From IMG/VR virus record IMGVR_UViG_3300008111_002316: a DNA stretch of 64,000 bases. One strand, given 5' to 3'. Source of the DNA: an uncultured virus (IMG/VR IMGVR_UViG_3300008111_002316). Its lineage: Duplodnaviria; Heunggongvirae; Uroviricota; Caudoviricetes. Position 1 is the stretch's first letter. Each line of letters opens with the position of its first letter. Positions 42,601 to 52,354 of the stretch are shown piece after piece. The translations under genes were made by a program, and so were the position numbers. Below the pieces are notes generated by a model. That model was given only the letters and a program-made list of their open reading frames with translations, was not told the origin of the DNA and searched no databases.

Positions 42601-45600
42601 TCCAATGCCTAGCATTCCTACTGCTTCTTCTGCTCTTCGTGTAGCATTCTCAGATAAATTTTGAAAAAACCCGTTTAACTCACGAACCATTGAGTTAACC
42701 ACATCCTGTAAAGCTTCTTTCAACAATTTAGGAATCGAATTAAAGATTTTTTCTAATCCTCCCAAAGCCTTAGCGTCTTGTTGCGTAAATTCTCTAGGAC
42801 TTATAGCTTGAATAACTTTTAAAGTTTGCATCTGTTGGGCTAATTGAAGTCCTTGTGTCTTTACAGCATCAAACATTTGATTTGCCTGATTCATTGCTGG
42901 AGAACTTGCCCCTAGCGTGTTTCCTAAATTAGAAAGGGTTCCTGTCGCTTGTTGTATGCCTGACGCTATTGCATTTTTAACCTGTAACGTTAAATTTTCT
43001 TGAACTAGCCCACTTTGCTTAAGAATCTCAGCTTTTTCTTGGTTCTTAAGGTTTATATCATCTACTTGCTGTTTAATAATCTCAGCAGATAAAGCATTTA
43101 CCTCTTTATCTGGTGAACCTTTAGGAACAAAAACTGGTTGACCAGTACCACCATAATTTTCTTGAATGCCCCCTCCAATTTGAGGATTAACATCTTTATA
43201 TTTGGTTGTTAAATTATTTTTGTTATCAGTAAAATATTGGTCAATTCCTTGTAATCTTGCTCTATTACTCAATAAGGTGTTTTCTGCTTGTGCTAAAATC
43301 CCAAAAAAGGATTCTAAATTACTATTGACTTGTCCTTTATAGGCAGTCGCTAAAGTGTAAGACTGTCTCTCAAGCTCAAAACCTTTTTGACGTAATTGCA
43401 AAATCTGATTTTCTTGTTCTATTCTTGTTTTATGAGTATCATCAATCAGTTTACGGTATTTATCTAAATCAACAGTTACACCTTCAGCTACTGCACTTTT
43501 TTTATCTAATTTTTTAGGTTGGTCAATTTGACCCTCTTGAGTTATGGCTCTTAAATTTTCATTTATCGTTAATCTATCAGTTTCAGATGTATTTTTATTG
43601 TTTACAATTTCTAACTGTTTAGTGACAAATTGCTCTAAGAAAGAGGTAAAATCGCCTACCATCTCCCCACTTTCTAATTGCTTCTTAATTCTATCCCAAG
43701 CTGGCTTGAGTTTTCCCTTTTGTTTAGCGGCTTGTTCTAACTCATTAATGGTAAATTGGGTATATTCATTAGCAGTTCTTGCTATATCTGCACCCTTTTC
43801 AGTTCTATCTAATGTGGCTAAAAGTTGTTGTTGAGTTAATAATGGAGCTTCTCCTTTTGTACCTTTAACAGCACCTGTAGACAAATTTACTAATGCTTGT
43901 ATGTTTTTTATATCTTTGTTTTCTTTGGCTGTTTGAGCCAAAGCTTGAGCGGCATTTGCACCTTCTTTACCAGATGCCGTTCTTATTAACGCATTTAATC
44001 TTTCTCTATTTTCCATTAAAGCACTAGCAGTAAGTGCGTTTTTATCAATATCTGTTACTCTAGCTGTGTCTTCATTAAACATAGCTGTTGCTCCAAATAA
44101 TTCTTTAGCTCTTAAATCTTGAGCATCATTAATGGCTTTCTTTCTACTCTCCAAATCCTTGTAGGTGGATGTCAGTGTCTCCATCTGCTTCTGGGGTAAA
44201 AATGAACCTAAACCTGCGGTAGTTGGGTCTACTGTGGGAACTGGTTTTTTTCCTCTTGGGGCTAAAATAGCTCCTAGATTTTTTGCATCATCCGAACCTT
44301 CTTTAACATCTACCGGTTCAAATCTATTATCTTTCAATTTTAAGACCAAACTTTGGTCTTTACCAGTACCTCCGGATATAAAATAATCTGTCTTATCTTG
44401 CCCCTGTACTTTTCTAAACCCTTGTTGTATTACGGACAATCTTTCTTCTTGACTAGCCCCTTCTAAATCCTTAAAGGTTTCTGCCCTTGTATCTTTATTC
44501 CAGCCATCTTTTGATAATCTTTCTCTACCAGTTTTAATAACAAATCTGTTTACACCATTAGCTTGAATTGCGGCTTCTAGTTCTGCGGCTTCCCTCTCGG
44601 ACACTTTCTGAATAGCATTAGAATCTTTAACTGTTAAATTTCCAATTTTTCCTGTTTCTACTGCATAATTAAAGACTCTTTCACTTGTACCTCCTATTTC
44701 ACCTCTAGTTCTTAATGCTTCTGCTTCACTTCTTACTTCAGCATCAACACCTAATACTCTCAGTCCCCCTCCTGATTCATTTATTAAGGGAATTAGACCT
44801 TTCAGCACTTGAAAGAGTCCTTCTAACCCGCCCACAAAATCAGCCAATAAGTTATTTAAATTTTCAAACATATTGGTTACATTGTCACCAGTTTCGAGAA
44901 AATTTAAACTTCTATCTAGCCAACTTTCAAACATTTTGCCCAAGTTACCAGCAGTTTGAATAATTCCATCTACAAATTGGTCTAGTAACTTATTGTCACC
45001 TAAATTACCAAAAGCCTTACCAATTCTCTCAGACATTCTTTCAATCGCTCCAGCAAACTTTTCAACATTATCAGTTAAAGCATCTGCCGCTTGTCTCATG
45101 AATAAAACAAATTGGGTAAACCCCGGTGCTAATTTACTACCAAACAAAGTTGTGATGTTTTCAATCGATGATTCCACAAGGTCTAAAGCACCTTTTAAAC
45201 CTGATTGTCTCATTTTTACAAAATCTTCCATCAACCCTGTACCGTCAGGATTTTTTTGGTTGAATTTCTCAAATTCTTCTTTTTGCTTTTGTAACCCTTC
45301 CCTTCCTTGTAACGTCAAATTTCGATAACCAATTGTGAAAGTATCCCCTCCACCCATCAAGGCTCCTACGAGTTGACTTCTCAGATTGGCTTGACCTTGT
45401 AAGTTTAAAGTCTCGTAATATTTGGCATTTAAGTTACCCATGCCCGCAACTTGACTTGCTTCGCCTCTTTTAATGATGGTTTCAGCTACGGTATCTAAAT
45501 AAGCTAATTTAGCGTTAAAGTCACCGGGTTCTCTCAATGAACTAGCTAAATCCCCGTCAAAATATTTTGAAAAAGTTCCATAAAGTTGTCTATTTGTTTG

Positions 45601-47478
45601 ATTCGGGTTATTTAGTCCATTGTACAGATTTTTTAACAAAGTACCAGCAACTTCAGGCGTGGACATATTAAACATCGTGGCGTAACCTTGCATTACGTCT
45701 CTTAATTGTATTCCCGCCACAGATGCCGCAGATAGTGAATCTTGTGTCGCAAATTTAAATCTACGAAATTCCGCAGGGGTCGATAACCCTAATGCCGCTA
45801 ATTCTCTTACAGCCGTTGAAGGACTTGTACCAGGAAAAGAAGTCATTATTTGTTTTAATAAGATAGCTACCTCTTTTAACTCTTCACCCGGTAGCCCCAT
45901 AGCTTCCCCTAAACCCATACCTTGATATAGTATCCCTCTTTTAATCTCCTCTCTCGTTGCTCCCCCTACTATATCTTTTAAATCTAAACCAGCTTTTACC
46001 ATTTGTTGCACTAATTCCGCAGTTTCTATTCTACTATACGAATAGTCTGTTCCCGCAACTGTAATAGCTTTTTGCGCTCCTTCAAAATTTTGGCGAAATT
46101 CAGGACTATCTTGCCTGAAACCAGACTTACGCCCAGTCACAAACGTCGCCATATTCAATCTTCTTTCTTCTTCACCATAATCCATCATCCCCTTGACTGT
46201 TGTGGACATAAATCCCCCAATAGTCCCTTTGATGATTTCCATACGACTATTTAACGCAAACATTAAAGAATTGGAGATTGCTTCGCCCACTATTGACCCA
46301 ACAGCAGTTCCCAATACTCCTAATGCCGCCCCACCTAATGCACCACCTATAGCCGACCCAAATCCCCCACTAAAACCATTAGCCGCTTTACCCCCAGCCT
46401 GATACATATCTTTTTCAATCTGTTCACTGGCTTTTGCTGTTGATTCTCTTATTCCTTGTATTGTTTGTGTTGCTTGCTCTCTTACGTTCTGGGCTAATCC
46501 AAACAGTCTATCTGCTTCATCATTATTAGCCCCTAATACTTGTAATTTTTTTGCTTGTTGTGCTAGACTATTGGCTGTTCTCTCTATTTGTTTTTCATAC
46601 TTTTTAATGGATTCCTCTACTCCTTTCGACATTACTGCTAATGCCTCTTTAGTTCCTTCCACCCCTTGTGTTTCTAGAATTTTTCCTGCTTTTTCATAAG
46701 CTTTTTCTATCTGGTTTCTAAATTTATTTCCTGCTTCTTCTAAATTCTTATCAGCTATGCTATTGCTTAATTGCAGATTTTTTAATTGCCCATTAACGGT
46801 CTTTTCTAATTCCATTCCCGCTTGAACTATTGTGCTTCTTAATTCTTTAAAGCTGTCTGCGGCATTTTGACCATTAACTCCTAATAGTAATGCCTGTTTT
46901 TGTAAATTTTGAAGTGAAGAATCTATTTGATTTAGATTCATTGCATCAAATGTTTTAGCTATTTCTCTTGTTTTATTTGCTAACGATGCCGCTTCTCTCG
47001 TATTACCTGTCCTAGCATTGTTGATTAAGTTTTGTGCTATTATTTCCGCTTGTTGTTTTGCCGCTTGTTTAGCGTTTTCTAATGCTAATTTTCCTTCTGC
47101 TTCTAAAGTTTGCATCGTTTGACGCATAGCCCCTAATGTTTGTTTAGAACTATTTGCTAACTCAGCATTAGCTTCAAGTGCCGCAGTTTTCATGTTTTTT
47201 AACGCATCACTTGAAGCCTTATCCAATTGTTTAAAATTTACAACCATTCCACTGATTGTTTTATCTATCTTCCCCCCTAGTGCATCCCCTCCTTCTCTCC
47301 CTAATTTTCCAAAAGCATCACCCATCATCGACGATACTCGCTCATTGAACATAAATGCTATACGATTCGCTGAACCTTCTAGCATATTTTCAAATTTTAA
47401 CAATGTATTCTCCGCAGGCTTTGTATTTAAGCCTATTGACACCATTAAAGAACTGACATTGTAAGTATCTTGATTCAT
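39682..47478 (-). CDS. Tape measure protein (~2600 aa)
   Basis: Very long helical A/G/Q-rich ORF with C-terminal GGLVGG..DTIPAMLTPGEGV motif. Confidence 0.9.
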   Translation of the reverse strand: MNQDTYNVSSLMVSIGLNTKPAENTLLKFENMLEGSANRIAFMFNERVSSMMGDAFGKLGREGGDALGGKIDKTISGMVVNFKQLDKASSDALKNMKTAALEANAELANSSKQTLGAMRQTMQTLEAEGKLALENAKQAAKQQAEIIAQNLINNARTGNTREAASLANKTREIAKTFDAMNLNQIDSSLQNLQKQALLLGVNGQNAADSFKELRSTIVQAGMELEKTVNGQLKNLQLSNSIADKNLEEAGNKFRNQIEKAYEKAGKILETQGVEGTKEALAVMSKGVEESIKKYEKQIERTANSLAQQAKKLQVLGANNDEADRLFGLAQNVREQATQTIQGIRESTAKASEQIEKDMYQAGGKAANGFSGGFGSAIGGALGGAALGVLGTAVGSIVGEAISNSLMFALNSRMEIIKGTIGGFMSTTVKGMMDYGEEERRLNMATFVTGRKSGFRQDSPEFRQNFEGAQKAITVAGTDYSYSRIETAELVQQMVKAGLDLKDIVGGATREEIKRGILYQGMGLGEAMGLPGEELKEVAILLKQIMTSFPGTSPSTAVRELAALGLSTPAEFRRFKFATQDSLSAASVAGIQLRDVMQGYATMFNMSTPEVAGTLLKNLYNGLNNPNQTNRQLYGTFSKYFDGDLASSLREPGDFNAKLAYLDTVAETIIKRGEASQVAGMGNLNAKYYETLNLQGQANLRSQLVGALMGGGDTFTIGYRNLTLQGREGLQKQKEEFEKFNQKNPDGTGLMEDFVKMRQSGLKGALDLVESSIENITTLFGSKLAPGFTQFVLFMRQAADALTDNVEKFAGAIERMSERIGKAFGNLGDNKLLDQFVDGIIQTAGNLGKMFESWLDRSLNFLETGDNVTNMFENLNNLLADFVGGLEGLFQVLKGLIPLINESGGGLRVLGVDAEVRSEAEALRTRGEIGGTSERVFNYAVETGKIGNLTVKDSNAIQKVSEREAAELEAAIQANGVNRFVIKTGRERLSKDGWNKDTRAETFKDLEGASQEERLSVIQQGFRKVQGQDKTDYFISGGTGKDQSLVLKLKDNRFEPVDVKEGSDDAKNLGAILAPRGKKPVPTVDPTTAGLGSFLPQKQMETLTSTYKDLESRKKAINDAQDLRAKELFGATAMFNEDTARVTDIDKNALTASALMENRERLNALIRTASGKEGANAAQALAQTAKENKDIKNIQALVNLSTGAVKGTKGEAPLLTQQQLLATLDRTEKGADIARTANEYTQFTINELEQAAKQKGKLKPAWDRIKKQLESGEMVGDFTSFLEQFVTKQLEIVNNKNTSETDRLTINENLRAITQEGQIDQPKKLDKKSAVAEGVTVDLDKYRKLIDDTHKTRIEQENQILQLRQKGFELERQSYTLATAYKGQVNSNLESFFGILAQAENTLLSNRARLQGIDQYFTDNKNNLTTKYKDVNPQIGGGIQENYGGTGQPVFVPKGSPDKEVNALSAEIIKQQVDDINLKNQEKAEILKQSGLVQENLTLQVKNAIASGIQQATGTLSNLGNTLGASSPAMNQANQMFDAVKTQGLQLAQQMQTLKVIQAISPREFTQQDAKALGGLEKIFNSIPKLLKEALQDVVNSMVRELNGFFQNLSENATRRAEEAVGMLGIGGSVTKLLGLANDVSSSIFKNKEEQLGLQQETSGIRRQVGLNKALGQYFPDEFFSQKVAFGEASIRVNQAKIEGLKLDAQNILDMSRIKANLTFFESFLEIFKETRELGRGFSQVADDILDFEKKQEGYDKSVADLELRIKLMTSQLSTVTEVFGELSLVSKDNLEQSKLYLEQQKKALEMLLEIERKYRVEKATDDFNKSVGNNAIGYNQAQIEANNARIEILKMGQSRNSRRAGAELELKNAQIEYEKSILSATLNANSRRLEEQKAKEALEQRAVSGAFSTPEGQQEAALRYAEIQSKIVGIDTELANAKNAAYNKLKVAMEKSATELDDLYRINSQIAEVVDGAFTGLYDILTDSSKTFEQKMKSFSDNLLKELGKIGWNYLKDLMIAPFKDALTKRDDKGIKDAVSPNYSQLKGLEFGKPAMENPENSINREKTFAEIMALDAKQQENLKELNARMRTSILEVANIEEAGKSAESIFKKFSETLNENVGDGELAKLIAVNSANGEQGMAINIGVQTSIQEKIKNTLLTSRDILSDVRDGINNLSDEIKRLSNDSSKDKNKSKAKTENKDNSVAQGKKPETTAMPNGQESTPVCVPVCDGHDKDTPAIPKNPETPTTPLTPAPINTPAPINTPTSHTVKEQLDMYPENHQWRDMMKQQRQTEYLQMEKDLQNGTYQGSTSSFFKPQEAIVASGISDLGIDLGFSKPNYSLGFGDNLNLQNISEFSSFNGQPSPLGLKSDFNLGSPFTFGSTPQFQMPMNILEPLTKATGAGSGGGFFSQLLGGMGGVEGILGLLMTSLPFITSLFGGNQRPKRYNSGGLVGGFGNSDTIPAMLTPGEGVITNKGMSYLGGEGKLNALNAGYLQLADIQSPQNLGLDDIPSSERFRGKSAMLPEPKSESEKAIAEFMGQSENLSLPKIELNYASTAFNGQNFVTEEVFKQAIEQTVETAKNSVYDAIRYSPAARRKLGIN

Positions 47479-47589
47479 TTTTTTTATCTTTATTTTTTTT
47501 TTTTTGCCTCTATTCAAGAGATGGGCGTTGCTTAAATCCAAATCTTGTGATATAATTAGTTCACACTACCTTTTCTAACTTACCTTATC

Positions 47590-48099
47590 ATGCAACACTT
47601 AAATTTAACCCACCAACAACAAATCAAAGCTTTTTATAGCAATCAAACTTTGAGTCTGATTCAATCACAATTGCAAGCCATTAAACGTGCTATGTCTGAC
47701 TGTGATGTATCTGGTGAAGATTATATGCAAGAAGGTATTCTTGTCGTTTTGAAAAAATTGAAAACTTGGAATCCCTCTAAAGGTTCCCTAACCACCCACT
47801 GTTGGCTAGATTTGCGATGTAAATTTAATCGGTTAAAACACCGTCAGACTCAGCAATATTTTCTTTCTAATTCTCTGAAATTTTCCACCTTTTCTACTGA
47901 TTCTGAAGAACACAGGCTAATTTTGGCTAGTTTCTTAGAATCCTTAACACCGATAGAAAAACAGATTGTTGCTTTGCGATGGTCGAGAAATAGTAATTAT
48001 CCACTAATTTGCTCTGAACTGAAAATATCCTTGCAAAAACTGAAAAATCATGTTAAGATGATAAAAGATAAATTGACCTTAGCAGGATTTCACCCCTAA
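47590..48099 (+). CDS. Phage sigma-70-like factor
   Basis: EDYMQEGIL..WNPSKG.LTT (region 2); LTPIEKQIVALRW..ICSELKIS (region 4). Promoter TTGCTT-17-TATAAT at 47528-47556. Confidence 0.75.
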   Translation: MQHLNLTHQQQIKAFYSNQTLSLIQSQLQAIKRAMSDCDVSGEDYMQEGILVVLKKLKTWNPSKGSLTTHCWLDLRCKFNRLKHRQTQQYFLSNSLKFSTFSTDSEEHRLILASFLESLTPIEKQIVALRWSRNSNYPLICSELKISLQKLKNHVKMIKDKLTLAGFHP

Positions 48100-49043
48100 T
48101 GACTACTACTCTTAAAGCCTTGGTAATAGCTCAAACTTTCAATCACCGTACAAAGTCGACTATAACCACTTTTCAAATCACCATGCCACGTTTTGTTTTG
48201 GCTCAATTGAACAAACATCGCATTTTGTCTTCTAATACAGAATCTAATCGTGCTGTTCCTATTGCTAAAAAAGACGCAAAACTTCTTGCTAACCCTTATT
48301 TTCCCCTCTCTTGGGGTACTAACCAAAAAGGAATGCAGTCTGGTGTACCATTACAGGGCTTCAAGCACTATTTGGCTAACTTGATTTGGTTTTTATCTTT
48401 GCATTCTCAGCGAATTTACGGTAATCTATTACATCGACTAGGTGTACATAAAGAAATTGTCAATCGCTTAACCGAACCTTTCCAATTAGTTGATATTGTT
48501 ATTACTGGTACTCAATGGGAAAACTTTTTTAATCTACGGACTAATATCGCCGCTCAACCTGAAATTCGAGAAATAGCCTTATTAATGAAAAAAGCTATTA
48601 CTGAGTTTCCAGATTTAAAAATTACTTCTGACGAGGTTTTTCTTCATCTTCCCTATGTCCATCCTGAAGAAAAAGAAAAATACGAAGACGACTTTTTGGT
48701 ATTATTTGCCATCTCTAGTGCAAGATGTGCCAGAGTTTCGTACTTAAACCACACTGGTAATTCAAACGTTACCGCAGATGTTAAACTTTTTCTCAGCTTA
48801 GTTAAAAGCGGTCATTGGTCTGCACTTGAACACTGTGCGATAGCTTCTAATCAGTTTGCCCTTTTTGGTAACTTTATTGGTTGGATTCCAGTTCGTAAAT
48901 TGTTTGAGGGAGAATCTGGCGATTCGGCTATGGATAATATTCCCTATCTTAACCCTAAAGAAATTAAAGAGGTTTCTTCTTTCCCCTCTTTAAGCTATTC
49001 TTCCACTTCTGATTCCTTGAGTCAACTATTTCACATTTTGTGA
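48099..49043 (+). CDS. thyX: FAD-dependent thymidylate synthase
   Basis: PRFVLAQLNKHRILSSNTESNRA, WENFFNLR..AQPEIR, SARCARVSY, GHWSALEH. Confidence 0.8.
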   Translation: MTTTLKALVIAQTFNHRTKSTITTFQITMPRFVLAQLNKHRILSSNTESNRAVPIAKKDAKLLANPYFPLSWGTNQKGMQSGVPLQGFKHYLANLIWFLSLHSQRIYGNLLHRLGVHKEIVNRLTEPFQLVDIVITGTQWENFFNLRTNIAAQPEIREIALLMKKAITEFPDLKITSDEVFLHLPYVHPEEKEKYEDDFLVLFAISSARCARVSYLNHTGNSNVTADVKLFLSLVKSGHWSALEHCAIASNQFALFGNFIGWIPVRKLFEGESGDSAMDNIPYLNPKEIKEVSSFPSLSYSSTSDSLSQLFHIL

Positions 49044-49051
49044 TTCGTAGT

Positions 49052-49414
49052 TCAAGGAAAACTGACAAAGGAAAATCCCAGCCCACCGCCTTTAAAAGGG
49101 TTATATCGTACATCTAATGCCGTTTGGTGGGCTAATTCTTTTAATCGTCTCGTCCCTTCTCTTTTTAGTCCATCTATGATACTTTGATATTGCAATTTAA
49201 TACCTTCAACTTCTACAACATAAAGTTTTTCTACATATTGTTGAATTTTTTCATCAATCTCATCTATTGTATCAACAAGTGAAATCACTCTATCGTATCT
49301 GATTTCGTCTTGAATTTTTTCAAGCGCAATCATTATATCTTGTTCGTATTTGGGGAACTCTTCGTATCCTAACACTAATCTAATTCTTGATACTTCTTCG
49401 GGACTAAATAACAT
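49052..49414 (-). CDS. Putative head-tail adaptor
   Basis: RIRLVLG N-terminus; lies downstream of the capsid gene. Confidence 0.5.
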   Translation of the reverse strand: MLFSPEEVSRIRLVLGYEEFPKYEQDIMIALEKIQDEIRYDRVISLVDTIDEIDEKIQQYVEKLYVVEVEGIKLQYQSIIDGLKREGTRRLKELAHQTALDVRYNPFKGGGLGFSFVSFP

Positions 49415-49517
49415 TTTTTTATTAACTAACTCTATCTGTTTTTTGAGCGAAACTCCTTGACAAACCTTTTAATCCTTGCTAAAATGGGAATAACACCTAG
49501 AAAGAGGAAATATCCCT

Positions 49518-49727
49518 TTGTCTCTAAATAAACTAAAAAGCTTAAACAGAATAAAAGACTTTCTTGATGGGAAAATTCAAGAAATAGATGCCAAATTGAC
49601 TCTACCTAATAGTCAATTTAAACAAAATAGCTTGTTAATTCAAAGAAAGATTCTTCAAAGCTTCAAAACAAGCACACTCCATAATCTAAAAATGCTAGAA
49701 AAAGGAAAAAATTATGACTTTAAATAG
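49518..49727 (+). CDS. Hypothetical protein
   Basis: Paralog of 49714..49992; TTGACA-17-TAAAAT promoter at 49457-49485. Confidence 0.55.
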   Translation: MSLNKLKSLNRIKDFLDGKIQEIDAKLTLPNSQFKQNSLLIQRKILQSFKTSTLHNLKMLEKGKNYDFK

Positions 49728-49992
49728 TTCACAAGGCTTAACTAAAATAAAAAATTTCTTGGATAAAAAGATATTGGAAGTTGAAGCAGAATTAAACAAT
49801 TCTGATTCTTTATTCAAGAAAGAAATACTTATCTTGAAACGTCATGCTCTTGAGATACTCAAAATACGCACCTCTAACAATTTGAAACTTTTAAATATGT
49901 TAGAAACTCAATTTCTAAAAAATGTGCAAGATTTGACTGAATCATTAGTCGACACTTTTCGTTTTGACCCTGACGATTTTGATGTAGATTAA
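49714..49992 (+). CDS. Hypothetical protein
   Basis: Shares IKxFLDxKIxE with the upstream ORF. Confidence 0.55.
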   Translation: MTLNSSQGLTKIKNFLDKKILEVEAELNNSDSLFKKEILILKRHALEILKIRTSNNLKLLNMLETQFLKNVQDLTESLVDTFRFDPDDFDVD

Positions 49993-49995
49993 AAC

Positions 49996-50024
49996 AAAAA
50001 AAGCAGGCATACAGTCCTGCTTTA
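49996..50024. terminator. Intrinsic terminator downstream of the capsid gene
   Basis: AAAAAAAGCAGG-CATACAGT-CCTGCTTT hairpin between convergent genes. Confidence 0.65.
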
Positions 50025-50046
50025 ATTTTTGGAATTAGAGTTAAAT

Positions 50047-51093
50047 CTAACCTACCTTAATGTTTTTAATAACCCCTACATTCTTACGAGTAGTCAACTG
50101 TAATTGAGGAATACAACCAACTACAAAGTTATCAACATACAAGGAAGTTTGGGCTAACTGACGCATTAAGGTATATACCCCATTGGCAGAAAAAGCACCA
50201 ACTACAGGAGTAGAATAGAAGCGTAAATCGTCTTTTTTCAGAAAATACATTACACCTTCATCTACCGCAGTTCCTAATGCAGTAGTGATAGCCGATTCTG
50301 CGGCAGTCCGAGTACGAGAACAGAATACGTCATCGATAATAGGTCTTCCCATGTACCCAGCTACATTAAATCCTAAGTCAATTAAAGGTACACGCTGACC
50401 ATCAAAAGTCATGATTTGATAGCTACGATTAGATTCAAAAACTTTTTTGTACTGCTCTACCACTTTAGGAGTCGTCAAGATTAGGTCGTAAGCACCCGGT
50501 CGATAACGGATTTTACGGTCTAGCTCTAACAAAAAATCAGTTTTTAATACTTGACGCTTATCCGTACCCGTTGCAGTAGCATCCCACGCATCTACTTCAG
50601 AGACATTCCATAACGGATAAGTTGCACTGGAAATACCAGCGTAGTCTTGTCCAGAAGCGGCAATTGATAACCCAACTAGACCACCATCTGCAATAGCTCC
50701 AGAACCATCATACAGTTTTTTGTTCAGGGTAGTCGCAATTTCTTCAACTGCATTTCGCATTTGGGCTTCCAACAAATTACGCAATTCCTCATTGCTCACT
50801 TGTTCTTTAGACTCTTCGATTTCCTTCAGATTTAAGGTAAAAGTTGATTGAACACTTGCCGCACTAATGGGCAATTGAGCCGGTAACGTTGCATCCATTG
50901 AAGCCGCAGGTGCAGAACCAGTAATCGCTACTCCAGTTGCGGTAGTCCCTCCCATTCCTACACCCCATTGGATGTTAGATTTGCGTTCGGGAAACTTGCT
51001 TAATAATCCTAAAAACGTTGCACTACGATTAATTTCTTGTGTCAATAACTCCGAAAAAACGTTATTGAGTACAGCCAAATTTAACTTTGCCAT
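50047..51093 (-). CDS. Major capsid protein (HK97 fold)
   Basis: 348 aa; KLYDGSG..GLVGL, YMGRPIIDD; downstream of the scaffold gene. Confidence 0.85.
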   Translation of the reverse strand: MAKLNLAVLNNVFSELLTQEINRSATFLGLLSKFPERKSNIQWGVGMGGTTATGVAITGSAPAASMDATLPAQLPISAASVQSTFTLNLKEIEESKEQVSNEELRNLLEAQMRNAVEEIATTLNKKLYDGSGAIADGGLVGLSIAASGQDYAGISSATYPLWNVSEVDAWDATATGTDKRQVLKTDFLLELDRKIRYRPGAYDLILTTPKVVEQYKKVFESNRSYQIMTFDGQRVPLIDLGFNVAGYMGRPIIDDVFCSRTRTAAESAITTALGTAVDEGVMYFLKKDDLRFYSTPVVGAFSANGVYTLMRQLAQTSLYVDNFVVGCIPQLQLTTRKNVGVIKNIKVG

Positions 51094-51125
51094 TTTCTTT
51101 GTGTTTGTTGTAGATTTTTCTTTTG

Positions 51126-51187
51126 CAGTTGATAAAACATTAACATTCGTTAATATCTAAGGGTATCAACTCCCTATTTGGGGTAGC
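51126..51187 (-). repeat. 62-bp copy of the mini-element right end in the capsid leader
   Basis: 58/62 identical to 26094-26155. Confidence 0.9.
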
Positions 51188-51318
51188 ACTTTATCCGGTA
51201 CAACGGTATCTACAAGTTAAATTGGCCTGTAGTCGCTCTCTAATTTTAGAATTGGGCGAAAAATTTGAAAAATTTCTATAATTTATGCTATCATATAAAA
51301 AACAGCCGGAGATTTCCA

Positions 51319-51603
51319 ATGTTTGTCAAAAATTTTGAGTTCAATAAACATTCCGACTCTATCCATCTACATTTAGAAGTTTATACAACTTGTGAGACCA
51401 GTTGGGACTATTGGATTGACCTTCATCCATTTGATGGCGACAATCCCGATGTTTTTATTTTTGATTTTCCTTTGATTCTTTCCAATATGGTAGAAGCAGT
51501 GGTTTTTGATTTTGAAAAATTAAAAAACCGTAGCTTAAACATTAAAGAACAAGCAACTTTGGTTAAATTTTTGCTTGCTCTTCAATGTTTGACTATTTAT
51601 TAG
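51319..51603 (+). CDS. Hypothetical protein
   Basis: GGAG RBS and sigma70-like promoter upstream. Confidence 0.55.
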   Translation: MFVKNFEFNKHSDSIHLHLEVYTTCETSWDYWIDLHPFDGDNPDVFIFDFPLILSNMVEAVVFDFEKLKNRSLNIKEQATLVKFLLALQCLTIY

Positions 51604-52220
51604 TCTTCTAAAAACAAATCATCAAGGGTATTCTTTTTACTCTCTTCTTTGGGGGCTACCGTTGTGTTTTGAGGTTTTAACCCGCTACCTCTTGCTTTAG
51701 ACGTAGGAGGTACTAGGGTTTTTCCAAAATCGGTTTCTAAAAACTTATCTACAGCCGTATCCAACGAAACTACAGATTCTCCGCTCTTGACATACCATAT
51801 ACCGTCTTCTTGTTGCAAATTGCCCTCATTCTCTAACTTAAAAGCCTTCAAAGCAATCCCACTATTTAAAACTTTTTTACCATTCAAAGCACTTAATAGA
51901 TTGCCGTCCAATTCTTTTAAAAGTAATTTCTTGTCTTTTTCTTCTAACTGCGCTTTAAAATCTGCAATTTGTCTTTCCAATGCTTTTAAACTTAATTTAG
52001 TTTTTTCTTCTTCCTGAACTGGTGCTTTTTCTTCTTCCAAAACTGGCACTTTTTCTTCTTTAGGTTTTAAACTTTTTATTAGACTACTGACTGTCCCAGA
52101 ATTTTTTTTGTCCACTTCTTGGAGAATTTCCCCTTTCATTCCCTGTAAACTGGTCTGGACTTGCTCTAATAGCAAGGATTGAGACTCTTCCAATAATGCC
52201 TTTAATTCTTCTAACGTCAT
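51600..52220 (-). CDS. Capsid scaffolding protein
   Basis: Coiled-coil, E/K-rich, ARGSG near the C-terminus; upstream of the capsid gene. Confidence 0.65.
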   Translation of the reverse strand: MTLEELKALLEESQSLLLEQVQTSLQGMKGEILQEVDKKNSGTVSSLIKSLKPKEEKVPVLEEEKAPVQEEEKTKLSLKALERQIADFKAQLEEKDKKLLLKELDGNLLSALNGKKVLNSGIALKAFKLENEGNLQQEDGIWYVKSGESVVSLDTAVDKFLETDFGKTLVPPTSKARGSGLKPQNTTVAPKEESKKNTLDDLFLED

Positions 52221-52354
52221 ATTTGAGCTTAAATTTAGCTTAATTTTAGATTGCTCAAATATTTTGAGCGATTTTTCAAAATACCCCTTGACAAAAATTC
52301 CAAAATTTGCTATATTGGTTTCAATCAAGTTAAACAGCCACACCTACTATTCTT

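Noticed and set aside
40612..47464. Many + strand ORFs inside the tape measure and other large genes
   Set aside because: Antisense shadows with no RBS or recognisable motifs.
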